A DNA stretch of 64,000 nucleotides, taken from positions 3,008,001-3,072,000 of the forward strand of contig CAVUDP010000002.1 in NCBI GenBank assembly GCA_963740315.1, in the 5' to 3' direction. The notes under the pieces are model-generated. The model saw only the letters and a program-made list of their open reading frames with translations, was not told where the DNA came from and searched no databases. This DNA comes from an uncultured cyanobacterium. Its GTDB lineage: Bacteria; Cyanobacteriota; Cyanobacteriia; Cyanobacteriales; Nostocaceae. Position 1 is the first letter of the stretch. Each line of letters starts with the position of its first letter. Position numbers and translations under genes: made by a program. This document shows, in pieces, positions 18,983 through 29,629 of this stretch.

Positions 18983-19753
18983 TTAAGCGAAAGTAGAAAA
19001 GCCATGAGGTGGTATATCTTGAATGCGCCCATCACCTACCGCTCGTACTGCTTCACGAAGAGAAATATCCTGAGTATACAAAGCACGTCCAACGATCGCA
19101 CCAGTTACACCTTGCGGTTCCAATGCTAATAAACTTAATAAATCTGTTACCGAACTGACTCCACCAGAAGCAATAATGGGAATATCAATAACAGCAGCCA
19201 GTTCCCGTAAAGCGTCTAAATTAGGTCCTTCAAGAGTACCATCGCGGTGAATATCGGTGTAAATTATCTCTGCTGCTCCAAATTCTTGCATTTGTACCGC
19301 GAGTTGCGTTGCTAAAACGGATGAAGTTTCTAACCATCCGCGAGTTGCAACTTTACCGTTACGAGCATCAATACCAACGATGATTTTTTGAGGAAATTCT
19401 TCAGCAAGTTGTTGGACTAATTGGGGTTGTTCAACAGCAACCGTTCCCAAAATTGCCCACTCCACACCAATATTAAATAGTTGTTGTACGCTTTCCCTGC
19501 TACGCAATCCGCCACCAACTTCTACAGGTACCGAAACTGCATTCACAATAGTTTCAATTGCGGACAAATTGACAACTTCACCGGCTTTTGCCCCATCTAA
19601 ATCGACAACGTGTAACCTCGTCGCACCTTGTTCAACCCATTTTTTGGCAATATCAGCAGGGTTTTCGCTGAATACTTCGGATTTTTCATAATCACCTTGA
19701 TAAAGTCGCACGCAACGACCTTCTAATAAATCTATCGCTGGAATTACTTGCAT
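18983..19753 (-). CDS. hisA: ProFAR isomerase HisA
   Basis: [23 protein letters not shown] and TDI.RDGTL.G motifs. Confidence 0.97.
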   Translation of the reverse strand: MQVIPAIDLLEGRCVRLYQGDYEKSEVFSENPADIAKKWVEQGATRLHVVDLDGAKAGEVVNLSAIETIVNAVSVPVEVGGGLRSRESVQQLFNIGVEWAILGTVAVEQPQLVQQLAEEFPQKIIVGIDARNGKVATRGWLETSSVLATQLAVQMQEFGAAEIIYTDIHRDGTLEGPNLDALRELAAVIDIPIIASGGVSSVTDLLSLLALEPQGVTGAIVGRALYTQDISLREAVRAVGDGRIQDIPPHGFSTFA

Positions 19754-19759
19754 TTTAGA

Positions 19760-19898
19760 AGTTAGTTGTTAGTTGTTAGTTGTTAGGGAATTGGGCATGG
19801 GAGAGGGGGTAGAGGGGGTAGAGGGGGTAGATTAAATAATTTAAAACTTATAACTTATAACTCCTAACTCTTAACTCTTAACTCTTAACTCCTAACTC
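19760..19898. repeat. STRR tracts (GTTAGTT, GAGGGGGTA, TAACTC(C/T))
   Basis: Tandem 7- and 9-mers. Similar tracts at 20205-20266, 20700-20765, 25395-25530, 28680-28730, 34157-34190 and 56875-56910. Confidence 0.85.
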
Positions 19899-20201
19899 TT
19901 AACCTTTAACCTTTGACCTATTAATTATTGCTTGACGAAAGCCTATTACAACTAAAATATTTGACAGTGTTAAAAATACTTCTGCGCTTCCATGTAACCA
20001 ATCGACGTTTGCTAAGGATTTACCGTAATGCACTTGGGAATAAATACCTGCTGGAATGGTGACGGCGACAAAAATAAGGAGTGCGTAAAATCCATAGAGG
20101 GCTAATTTTGGGGTTTCAGGGGTACGAGTGATATACCACAAGAAACCTAAGTAGGGAAATAATGATAAGGCGAATAGGGTTTCTTTGGAAATCATTTTCA
20201 A
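19899..20201 (-). CDS. DUF3593-family membrane protein
   Basis: LFALSLFPYLGFL and LANVDWLHGSAE motifs, paired with DUF2499. Confidence 0.85.
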   Translation of the reverse strand: MKMISKETLFALSLFPYLGFLWYITRTPETPKLALYGFYALLIFVAVTIPAGIYSQVHYGKSLANVDWLHGSAEVFLTLSNILVVIGFRQAIINRSKVKG

Positions 20202-20357
20202 TAGTTAGGAGTTAGGAGTGAGCAGTGAGCAGTGAGCAGTGAGCAGTGAGCAGTTAGCAGTTAGCAGTGGGGAATTATAGAGTTTTGAATTATTTAATCT
20301 ACCCCCTCTACCCCCTCTACCCCCTCTCCCCCCTCTTCCCCATGCCCTTTTTTATAA

Positions 20358-20699
20358 TTATTCTGATTTTACAGCTTTTGCGGACGCGGGATTATCTGTA
20401 TCGCTATTTTTTGTGGAACGATATATCCACCAAGCTGCTGCGAATAGGGTAAAGTTACCAATTACTGTCATGCTGGCTTGCAGTGTTACGAGCCATTCGA
20501 GTGATTCGGAATTCTCGAAAAAGTGCCAGGTACAAGCACACATGGCGCTGACTAATGCTGGTAACATACCGAAAGACAAAGCCCCCCAAGCAGGATTACC
20601 TATGACTTCGCCGTATTTCCAGATTAACCATATCGCGGCAATCCATTCTATAACGCTGGAAATGTGAATTATCCAAGTGGGAATTGAAAGTGCGTGCAT
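20358..20699 (-). CDS. DUF2499/Ycf49-like membrane protein
   Basis: MHALSIPTWIIHISSVIEW and AMCACTWHFF motifs. Confidence 0.85.
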   Translation of the reverse strand: MHALSIPTWIIHISSVIEWIAAIWLIWKYGEVIGNPAWGALSFGMLPALVSAMCACTWHFFENSESLEWLVTLQASMTVIGNFTLFAAAWWIYRSTKNSDTDNPASAKAVKSE

Positions 20700-20968
20700 A
20701 TCAGTTATCAGTGAACAGTGAACAGTGAACAGTGAGCAGTTAGCAGTTATCAGTTACCAGTTATGATTTCATAGTTTTTGACTGATAATTCATAACTTTT
20801 TTCTTCCCGCTCTTCCCGCTCTTCCCCCTCTTCCCCCTCTTCATATTTATGAAAGTTGTCGCGGAAGTATCTTGTGGTGTGTCGCAATTCGTGCAAAATA
20901 CAGTCAGGGTGGAGATAAATATTTTTGTTTCTCAATCTAAAATCTAAAATTTAAAATCCAAAATAATT

Positions 20969-22006
20969 ATGCGTGCTTTATTATCTGGGTATTATGGTCA
21001 AGGAAATGGTGGCGATGAGGCTTTGTTGGCGACGCTTTTACAAATGCTTCCATCGTCGGTAACTCCTGTGGTTCTTTCTGGCAATCCGGAGGAAACTCAA
21101 CGGCGTTACAATGTGGAAGCTTGCGAGCGTAAGGCTTTTAACAAGGTAATGCAGGCTTTAAGTTCTTGCGATGCTTTTATTTGGGGTGGTGGTAGTTTGA
21201 TTCAAGATGCGACTAGCGCTATTAGCCCATTTTACTATACTGGCTTGATGGCGATCGCACAAAAAAGAGAGATGAAAACTGTTGCTTGGGCGCAGGGTAT
21301 TGGTCCTTTGAAACGTAATGCTACTAAGTGGTTGGCGCGTCAGAATTTCGCTGGCTGTACTAAAATAAGCGTTCGCGATGGCGTTTCTGCTGCTTTACTA
21401 AATGAATGGGAAATTCCTCACATTCTCGCACCAGATCCAGTTTGGGCGCTGGAATCTCAATCTATACCCGGTATTTGGGATACTCCTGCACCCAGAGTTG
21501 CGGTAACTTTACGCGCTCATCCCGAACTTACACCAGCGCGACTGGCTAATTTAACTAAGGCTTTAGTCGATTTTCAAAAAGCCACGCAATCTTTTATTTT
21601 ACTAATACCGTTTCAAAAAAGTAAAGATTTGAGTATAGCTCAAGCAATTCAACCAGCGCTCGAAGATGTCAGTAAAATTATTACTGTAGAAGAACCTACT
21701 ATATTAAAAGGCATTTATCGCGGTGTGGAAATGGCGATCGGAATGCGCTTGCACAGTTTGATCATGGCAGCAAGTGAAGGGTGTCGTTGTTTTGCGTTGA
21801 GTTACGATCCTAAAATTAATCGGTTGATGGAAGAATTAGAAATGCCGGGATGGGATATCGGTGAATTGCCCGATGATGCCAATGCGATCGGTACGGCTTG
21901 GATCGAGCATTTTGCCAATGGGCAAGCGCTTTCGGAGGATAGAATTAAATTTCTCACGGATAGAGCTTTGATACATCGGGAAGTTTTGCAGCAAGCGTTG
22001 ACGTGA
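20969..22006 (+). CDS. csaB: Polysaccharide pyruvyl transferase CsaB
   Basis: GYYGQGNGGDEALL, GGGSLIQDATS, AQGIGPL, MRLH and SYDPK motifs. Confidence 0.92.
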   Translation: MRALLSGYYGQGNGGDEALLATLLQMLPSSVTPVVLSGNPEETQRRYNVEACERKAFNKVMQALSSCDAFIWGGGSLIQDATSAISPFYYTGLMAIAQKREMKTVAWAQGIGPLKRNATKWLARQNFAGCTKISVRDGVSAALLNEWEIPHILAPDPVWALESQSIPGIWDTPAPRVAVTLRAHPELTPARLANLTKALVDFQKATQSFILLIPFQKSKDLSIAQAIQPALEDVSKIITVEEPTILKGIYRGVEMAIGMRLHSLIMAASEGCRCFALSYDPKINRLMEELEMPGWDIGELPDDANAIGTAWIEHFANGQALSEDRIKFLTDRALIHREVLQQALT

Positions 22007-22073
22007 ATTTTTCATAATCGTTTTAATTTAGACGGGCAGGGATGCCCATCCCACAAGAATGTATGTACCACAG

Positions 22074-22103
22074 TGTAGAGACGCGATATATCGCGTCTCT
22101 ACA
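22074..22103. repeat. Perfect 30-bp palindrome TGTAGAGACGCGATATATCGCGTCTCTACA (GTAG-tagged REP, family D)
   Basis: Exact palindrome, with relatives at ~1906-1932, ~18276-18298, ~45955-45985 and ~46100-46126. Confidence 0.85.
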
Positions 22104-22269
22104 TTTTGCGGAATAAGGCGAAATTGTTGTTTCTGAAAAATTTGATTTTCAACGCAAAGGTACGCGGAGGTTTGCGCGGAGGTTCGCTGAGGGGATATTT
22201 TATCTATGTGTTAAGAATAAACAGCGGTATTTTTATTGACTGTTAGCTGTTTGTTGGTGGTGCGTTGAT

Positions 22270-24048
22270 ATGTCGGAATTAAATCAAAATAAATCGATTA
22301 ATTACAGTAGTTTTTCTGAGTTTTGTTTTCATAAGGAAGAGTTAGCACCGGAGACGAAACATACTATTGAGGTGTTGTTAAGAGTTGCTCGTACTAATGA
22401 TTATTTGGAAGCGGAAAGGGTACTTTTGAATAAGAGAGAATTGGATTTAGAGTATTGTGAGATTAGTGATTTAACTCCATTGGCAACCTTACAAAATTTA
22501 ATTTGCTTATATCTATCAGAAAATGAAATTTCCGATTTAAATCCTTTGCAAGGACTTACTAAACTTACAGATTTACAACTTAGTGTTAATAAAATTAGCG
22601 ATATTAGTCCACTTCAAAGATTAACTAATTTGAAATAATTAAGTCTTTATGAAAATCAGATTAGCGATATTAGTCCGCTGAATAAACTGAATAAATTAAC
22701 TTTTTTAGTTTTAGATAATAATTATAGAAACGATATAAGTCCATTGAAAAACTTAAATAAACTAGTAAATCTAGGATTATCTGCAAATAATATAAGTGAT
22801 TTTACTCCGCTATATGATTTGGAAAAATTATCTGATTTAGATATCAGCTATAATCAAATCACTGACTTGAAAGTATTACAACCTTTAAAATATATTAATA
22901 AACTTTGCATCTCAGGTAATCCAATATCTGGATTAATTCAACCAACTCACTTAATTGAAAAATATAAAAAACTTCTATCCATACCTTTAAATCGTCAAAA
23001 GACTATAGAAGTAATTCATTTCACCTATTCTCTTATTGGTCTAAATCCACCTAAAGTAATTTTTGCAAGCAATTATAAATCTTGGTATTCAGAGATTATA
23101 AATTTGCTGAAATCAAATAATATTCCAAATCAAAGCTTAAAATCTTTTATTTTGCAAAAAGAAAGACAAGTAATAAAAATCCAAAAACTTATATTTAACG
23201 ATCAATTATATTATTTGCATCATTTAAATAAGAAAATACTAAATAAATCAATAGAAGAACTTACTAAATATCAATTAAATAAATCAATAATGTTTATAGA
23301 GGTAAATTTAGCACTATATCTGGTAGCAAGAAGTTTAGCTTTTAATGTACTGAATAATTCTAGCTTAAAACCAAGTATAGAAGCGTATATTACTGTAGAA
23401 AATATTATTACCCCAGAACAAATACTCCGCCAAATCTACCTCATCGAAGTCTACCAATCGCTTCTAAAAATCCCCCTCGATGAAAAAACCCAACAATGGT
23501 ACGACTGCTTAAACCAACTTTTTGAACATTGCGGATGGTTTATTCCTTTTGAAGACGTTTGCATTGTGTGCGTTAAGCGAAGCTCTACCGAAGGTAATCG
23601 CCCATCAAAATTTTCCCTAGATTCAGAAACTCGTCTCCACGCTGAAGGGGAAGCTGCAATTCAGTTTGCTGACGGATACGGTTTATATTACTATCACGGG
23701 GTTGCTTTACCCGAAAAATACGGTAAGGTGCATCCCGATCGATGGCAAGCTAGATGGTTGTTAGAAGAAAAAAATACTGAATTACGTCGGATTTTAATTC
23801 AAGCTATTGGTTACAACCGTATTTGTGAGGAATTACAAGCGATTCAACTTGATTCTTTTCGCGAATATATGTTAATCAAAATTGATGCGGTGAGTAATGT
23901 TGAACCGATAGTTTTACTGAAGATGATTTGTCCCAGCACCGGATATACTCATGTTTTAAGGGTTCCTCCCAATATGGAATCCGCAAGAGAAGCGATAACT
24001 TGGATAAATTGGGATATAGATCCAGAAGAGTTCGCTGTGGAAAGTTAG
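22270..24048 (+). pseudogene. Internalin-type LRR + DUF6745-like gene interrupted by one in-frame TAA (22636-22638)
   Basis: ORFs 22270-22638 and 22744-24048 share a frame, and the interval continues the LRR (LSLYENQISDISPL...). The C-terminus has RLHAEGEAAIQFADG...CPSTG..HVLRVPP. Confidence 0.8.
23573..23596. mobile_element. 24-nt small dispersed repeat (SDR5-like) inserted in a HIP1 site
   Basis: GCG|TTAAGCGAAGCTCTACCGAAGGTA|ATCGC. Removing the insert restores GCGATCGC and the peptide VCDRP. Confidence 0.8.
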
Positions 24049-24200
24049 AGGTATTTACAGATTTTTGACTTCTCTCCTACAAGAAGAAAGGCTTTGAAAA
24101 ACTTATTTTCCTGTTCCCATTCCCTGGTAGGGAAGGGGTTAGGGGTTAGGTTTCCGAGATTGATTATTCATTAAAAAATGCACTTTAGCTCAAATTTCTC

Positions 24201-24395
24201 ATGATTAAGCCAAAAATCAAACGCAAAATGCCAAAGTGCATCCAATGTCGCTTTTATCAAGGCGATATTATTGTCTGCAAAATGTATCCTCGCGGCCCGG
24301 AAAATAATTCATGTCCTTACTATGCACCCGATCCGGATGTTTATTTAGATGAAGGGGAATGGGGAACAGGGAATAGGGAAAAAAGACAATATTAG
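24201..24395 (+). CDS. Small Cys-rich hypothetical protein
   Basis: CxxC..C..P.GP...CPYY pattern. The tail derives from a STRR-like tract. Confidence 0.5.
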   Translation: MIKPKIKRKMPKCIQCRFYQGDIIVCKMYPRGPENNSCPYYAPDPDVYLDEGEWGTGNREKRQY

Positions 24396-24548
24396 CAGCT
24401 TAATAACCAAAATTTAAATATCTACAGTTTATGAAAATACAGAAACCCGGTTTTTCCAAAAAACCGGGTTTTTATTTGCTGCGTGATGGCAAAATCTAAT
24501 TATCTAACTATGCTTGATAATTTATAGTAGCCGCCGCACACCCTACAA

Positions 24549-25265
24549 TTATGCAGCAACGGCAGCCTCTTCTTCGTAGGGCATAAAGGTTTTCTTGGTA
24601 GCGTTACAGATGGGACAGTGCCAATCTTCGGGAATGTCCTCGAATGCTGTTCCCGGTGCGATTCCTGAATCTGGATCGCCGATCGCGGGATCGTATATCA
24701 TCGAACATTGACGGCAAATCCATTTTTGTGTCGCTCGATCGCCACTTGCTTTCTTTTCTGCGGCTGTTTTACCGTCTAAGGCTTCTAATGCTTCCGTATA
24801 CTGACGTGCATGATGCTGTTCTACGCTAGTTAATAAACCAAAAGTGTGCGTAGCTTTACGGAACATATCAGCGTGTTCGCGAGATTCTTCTTCCTGGGTT
24901 TTAAACTCCTCTTCAGCTTTCCCATCTCTATCCGCACGCGCTTCTTTCGCAAAACCTGGATACATGGTTTCGTATTCGTAGGTTTCACCTTCCACCGCTA
25001 ATTCCAAACAGCGAGATGCGATCGCCTTTTTTTGTTCTTCAGTTAAATCAGCATCATCCACCATCAACTCTGGATGCATTAACCGAAAGTGAGCGAAAGC
25101 GTGTTCTGTTTCTTGATTCGCTGTATCCTTAAAAAGCTTGGAAAGTTCTTTCATTCCTAACTTCTTAGTAACTTCGGCGAAAAACAAATATTTCCGATTC
25201 GCCATCGATTCCCCACCAAAAGCCGCTTCCAAGTTGTTAGCGGTGTTGGAATTTGATAAATCCAT
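24549..25265 (-). CDS. rbrA: Rubrerythrin with C-terminal rubredoxin
   Basis: [12 protein letters not shown], two ExxH diiron motifs, and a CRQC...CPIC rubredoxin domain. Confidence 0.92.
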   Translation of the reverse strand: MDLSNSNTANNLEAAFGGESMANRKYLFFAEVTKKLGMKELSKLFKDTANQETEHAFAHFRLMHPELMVDDADLTEEQKKAIASRCLELAVEGETYEYETMYPGFAKEARADRDGKAEEEFKTQEEESREHADMFRKATHTFGLLTSVEQHHARQYTEALEALDGKTAAEKKASGDRATQKWICRQCSMIYDPAIGDPDSGIAPGTAFEDIPEDWHCPICNATKKTFMPYEEEAAVAA

Positions 25266-25327
25266 ACTATGCAGCCTCTCTTTAATAGTACGCAGACAGG
25301 ATTACTGTTTTAGCAGTCCAATAAATG

Positions 25328-25378
25328 CGTAGTCGTTATGAATTTGATTATAGCTTAAATGAAGTCATTATGACTATG
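25328..25378 (-). promoter_or_regulatory. Two candidate PerR/FurC operator sites
   Basis: Related 19-mers CAAATTCATAACGACTACG (25328-25346) and CATAGTCATAATGACTTCA (25360-25378) upstream of rubrerythrin. The second has the palindromic core AGTCAT-N-ATGACT. Confidence 0.6.
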
Positions 25379-25618
25379 ATTTTTTTGTGGAGAGGGGGAT
25401 GGGGAGATGGGGAGATGGGGAGATAGGGAGAGGGGGAAGTAATCAGCGAGCGAGACGCTCGCACTCCTAACTCTTAACTGTTCACTGCTCACTGTTCACT
25501 GGTAACTGGTAACTGGTAACTGGTAACTGATTAACTGGAATCTGTGTTTCCGCTGTTGTAGTTAATTTGAAAACTAATTTATAACCGTCGTTATATCTGA
25601 AGACTGGGAATAACCCAT

Positions 25619-26917
25619 ATGAGAAATGAAAAACAAAGTGATTTTTCTCAAGCAATTATCCAAAAAGGCTATGAAGTTGAGCGACAGTTGGCGAAAAAAG
25701 CGGGAAGACGGACTTTGTTGGCGCGGGATGTAAATCAAGAATTGGTTGTTATCAAGCTGCTGGCTTTTAGTAATGATTTATCTTGGGAAGATTTAAAGTT
25801 ATTTGAACGGGAAGCCCAGACTCTACAAACTTTACAACATCCGGCAATTCCTCGCTATGTTGATTACTTTGAATTAGATACGAATGGTGGTAAAACTTAT
25901 GCTCTCGTACAAAGCTATATCGAAGGTGAATCTTTAGAAGAGCATCTGGAAGCAAAAGGAAAGTTTACCGAATCAGAAATAAAAAATATTGCTCAATTTT
26001 TGTTGGAAATACTGATATATTTACATCGTCGTCAACCGCCTTTAATTCATCGCGATATCAAACCCAGCAATATTATTTTGGCGGAACATCCTTATTTAGT
26101 AGATTTTGGTTCGGTTCAGACTTTAGCAAATAAGGGCGGTAAAACCGTTACTGTGGTTGGAACTTACGGTTATATGCCACCCGAACAATTTGGTGGTGCG
26201 GCAACTGCTGCTTCTGATTTGTATAGTTTGGGAGCAACTTTGATAACTTTGGCTACAGGTATTCAGCCAGCGGATTTACCTCAAGAAGATATGCGGATTG
26301 CATTTGAGGAAGTTGCTAATTTGACACCGGGTTTTGCTGAGTGGTTGGGGTGGTTGATTGAACCGAGTTTGGATAGACGTGTGCGATCGGCTGAAGTTGC
26401 ATTACAAGCTTTGCAAACCGGGGAAATTGTTAAGACGGAATCCGAAGCGGTAATTCAGTATAAGCCAATTGGTAGTTTGGAATTATTTATAAATATTATG
26501 TGGCGCAGCATTTTTGTTGGGGGTGGAGTTACAGTTCTTGCTGCTGGTATCTACGGTACGGCAGTATTTCCTATAGGTGGTACTTACTTAGGAATAATAT
26601 ATGGTCTTTGCATCGGTATTCCTTTTAGTTTAGTCAATGCATTGTTAGTTGGAATTATTACCCGCTTGTTTTTTTATCCTTTAAAAAATCCTTCTTTACA
26701 TCGTCGCAGAACTGCTTTAGTTAGTATATTTATTTATACAGCTTTTGCAGTAGTTTTGCTCGGTGGAATTTCTTCCAATTCAGAGGACTATTTGCAGCAA
26801 GGGATTTTCTTTACACTTACTCCTTTTGTTATATCTGGATTAAGTATGAGTTTAGCCACGAAATCTTTTGCTCGTTGGTATGAACAGCAATCTAGGTTTC
26901 CAGGGCATAAATTCTGA
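25619..26917 (+). CDS. Hanks-type Ser/Thr kinase with multi-TM C-terminus
   Basis: VIK, HRDIKPSN, DFG and GTYGYMPPEQ motifs, followed by about four TM segments. Confidence 0.93.
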   Translation: MRNEKQSDFSQAIIQKGYEVERQLAKKAGRRTLLARDVNQELVVIKLLAFSNDLSWEDLKLFEREAQTLQTLQHPAIPRYVDYFELDTNGGKTYALVQSYIEGESLEEHLEAKGKFTESEIKNIAQFLLEILIYLHRRQPPLIHRDIKPSNIILAEHPYLVDFGSVQTLANKGGKTVTVVGTYGYMPPEQFGGAATAASDLYSLGATLITLATGIQPADLPQEDMRIAFEEVANLTPGFAEWLGWLIEPSLDRRVRSAEVALQALQTGEIVKTESEAVIQYKPIGSLELFINIMWRSIFVGGGVTVLAAGIYGTAVFPIGGTYLGIIYGLCIGIPFSLVNALLVGIITRLFFYPLKNPSLHRRRTALVSIFIYTAFAVVLLGGISSNSEDYLQQGIFFTLTPFVISGLSMSLATKSFARWYEQQSRFPGHKF

Positions 26918-26979
26918 CCACTGATGCATTGTTTAATAATTTGTATTGAAGAGAAATAATATTAGTATTTTAGTTAAAT

Positions 26980-28314
26980 ATGATAAACCAAATATTAAAT
27001 GAGCGCTATCAAATTAAACAAGAATTAGGTAGACAAACAGGAAGAAGAACTTTTTTAGCCGAAGATTTACAAACACAGCAAAAAGTTGTAGTTAAATTAC
27101 TGTTGTTGGGAGAAGATTTTGATTGGCAAGATTTAAAATTATTTGAGCGGGAAGCAGAAACTTTAAAAACTTTAAATCATCCAAATATTCCGCGTTATCT
27201 AGATTATTTTGAATTAAACGATCGTGAGAATAACGGTTTTGTATTGGTACAAACTTATGTAGAAGGAAAAACTTTAGAACAACATCTTAAATCGGGAAGA
27301 ACTTTTAGCGAAACTGAAGTTAAAGAATTAGCTATATCATTATTAGAAATTCTGACTTATTTACATCAACACGAACCAAGCGTAATTCACCGCGATATCA
27401 AACCCAGCAATATTTTACTAACAAATCGTTCTGGGAATAGTGCAGGAAAGATTTATTTAGTAGATTTTGGTTCGGTAAAAACTGTTGCTGCAACTAATGG
27501 TGGAACAATCACTGTAGTTGGAACTTATGGTTATATGCCACCAGAACAATTTGGTGGAAGATGCGTTGCTGCTTCTGATTTATATAGTTTGGGTGCGACT
27601 TTGATTTTTCTAGTTACGGGTTTGCATCCGACAGAATTGCCTCAAAAAGATTTACAAATTCAATTTCGTCAAACAGCTAATTTTAGTGAAGAGTTTGCTG
27701 ATTGGTTGGAATGGATGATAGAACCAAGTTTAAGTCAAAGATTTAAATCTACCCAAGAAGCTATAAAAGCTTTAGAAAATCCTGTACCAAGGCAAAAAAC
27801 AATTTCTCTATCAAAACAAAAATTACAGAAGCCACCAGATAGTGAAATTGAACTCCATAAATATATTGATGGTTTAGAAATAGTCATTCCTCCTCAAGGA
27901 TTTAGGCTTCCTCAAATTGCTTTAATTTCTTTAGTTTCACCTTTTGCAATTGGTTTTGATTTATTCACTTCTAGTCAAATTTTTAGTCAAGAAATAAGTG
28001 ATTCAGCTTATTTAATGAAACAGATAGTACAAGCCTTTGGAATTGGGTTTCTTTCATTAATCATTCTTTGGGCCTTTTTTAAACGTACCCGACTAAACAT
28101 AAGTAAAATTAGCGTTTCATATATTTATGAACTTATTGGAATTAAATGGAAATTTCGCCAGCAAAAATTAATAAAAAGTAAATATAAATTAGGACTTATA
28201 CACCCCAATGCAGAAGAACTTTGCCGTAAATATGCTCATTTGAGTTTAGAAGAATTGGAATGGTTATCAGAAGAAATCAGCAATTATTTAGATATGCAAA
28301 TTGATAGAGTTTAG
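26980..28314 (+). CDS. Hanks-type Ser/Thr kinase with 2-TM C-terminus
   Basis: Same kinase motifs and a different C-terminal region. Confidence 0.93.
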   Translation: MINQILNERYQIKQELGRQTGRRTFLAEDLQTQQKVVVKLLLLGEDFDWQDLKLFEREAETLKTLNHPNIPRYLDYFELNDRENNGFVLVQTYVEGKTLEQHLKSGRTFSETEVKELAISLLEILTYLHQHEPSVIHRDIKPSNILLTNRSGNSAGKIYLVDFGSVKTVAATNGGTITVVGTYGYMPPEQFGGRCVAASDLYSLGATLIFLVTGLHPTELPQKDLQIQFRQTANFSEEFADWLEWMIEPSLSQRFKSTQEAIKALENPVPRQKTISLSKQKLQKPPDSEIELHKYIDGLEIVIPPQGFRLPQIALISLVSPFAIGFDLFTSSQIFSQEISDSAYLMKQIVQAFGIGFLSLIILWAFFKRTRLNISKISVSYIYELIGIKWKFRQQKLIKSKYKLGLIHPNAEELCRKYAHLSLEELEWLSEEISNYLDMQIDRV

Positions 28315-28399
28315 GGGATTGGGGATTGGTAATTGGAGAGAGGAGGTAGATCGTTATTAAGTAGTAACTCCTAAGTTAATACCTTTAACCTTTAACCTC

Positions 28400-28657
28400 T
28401 CAAGTCTTTTGATTATCTGACTTAAATCTTCCTTCTAAAAAATCGCGCTTTTGTAAATGCTTGGTATCTCTTCCGCTAACTCTTTTACGCCACATCCGAA
28501 AGCTGGATTCTTTCATATAACGGCGCATGACGGCGATAACTTCTTGTTCGCTCAAACCAAATTGAGTTTCAATTGCTTCAAATGGGGTTCTATCTTCCCA
28601 CGCCATTTCAATTACGCGATCGATAGTTTCAGTACTTAATTCTGGTAATTTACTCAT
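28400..28657 (-). CDS. TIGR03643/DUF2805 family protein
   Basis: RVIEMAWEDRTPFEAI...SFRMWRKRVSGR. Confidence 0.88.
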   Translation of the reverse strand: MSKLPELSTETIDRVIEMAWEDRTPFEAIETQFGLSEQEVIAVMRRYMKESSFRMWRKRVSGRDTKHLQKRDFLEGRFKSDNQKT

Positions 28658-28743
28658 AATAAAAGGTCAAAGTTTATTTAATAACTCATAACTCATAACT
28701 CATAACTCATAACTAATAACTCATAACTCTTTTCCATGCCCAA

Positions 28744-29541
28744 TTACATACTAACAATGCCGGACCATTGAACTTTTCCTTTTTTAGCGCGACGGTGGGA
28801 AAAGAAGTTTTCGGGGTTTTGGTAGGTACAGTAAGGTGCTAGAGAAATTTGTTCGGGGCTGATTCCAAGTTGTTCCAGTTGTAAGGCGCTTACCTGTCGC
28901 ACGTCGATGCGGAGTTTTCCGGGTTCTGAGTCGGGAAGTAAGGGAGAATTATCTAATTCTTGTAAACCGTAGATAATGGCTTTTTCGTCTTCGTGAGGTA
29001 TCAAACTTGACCCCAGTTGAACTGCAACGTCTTCGGATACTTGGTAAACTTCTCCTGCGATCGCCGGTCCCATTGCAATTCTTAAGTCTTGAAGTTTGCT
29101 TCCTTGAGATTGCATCCGAGAGATGACTTGAGGAACAATTTTTTTTGCCGTACCGCGCCATCCTGCATGAACTGCTGCCACTTGTCCTGTCTTGATATCG
29201 CCAATTAATGCGGGGGTACAGTCCGCACTTGCCGTCCACACGGCTTGTAATGGCTGTTCGCTAATTAAACCGTCTGCTTTGGCAAAAGTTTTTTCACCAA
29301 CTTGTTCTACTTCATCTCCACCTAGACTTAGTTTGTATTCGATTTCTTGTGGGGTGAGAACCTTATTGCCATGTACTTGTTTGAGACGATAATATGAAGC
29401 TTCTTGGTGAAGTATCTCGGTCATATCTTTGAGGGTATGACACCAGAACTGTTGGGTGAAGAAGCCGTGGGGAAATTGTTCGAGCAAACTACAACTCAAA
29501 TAAGGCAATTCCTGCCAACTGCGCCAGTGCCAAGTATGCAT
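28744..29541 (-). CDS. pgeF: Peptidoglycan editing factor PgeF (YfiH)
   Basis: QVHG, ADG, ADC.P, HAGWRG and CT...FFSHR motifs. Confidence 0.92.
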   Translation of the reverse strand: MHTWHWRSWQELPYLSCSLLEQFPHGFFTQQFWCHTLKDMTEILHQEASYYRLKQVHGNKVLTPQEIEYKLSLGGDEVEQVGEKTFAKADGLISEQPLQAVWTASADCTPALIGDIKTGQVAAVHAGWRGTAKKIVPQVISRMQSQGSKLQDLRIAMGPAIAGEVYQVSEDVAVQLGSSLIPHEDEKAIIYGLQELDNSPLLPDSEPGKLRIDVRQVSALQLEQLGISPEQISLAPYCTYQNPENFFSHRRAKKGKVQWSGIVSM

Positions 29542-29629
29542 ATTAGTTTACCTTTTTAGTTCTTGTATTAATAAAAATCAATTTCGTCAATTCATGCTAG
29601 CTTGAATAAGCAATTTTCGGTTAGCAGCT

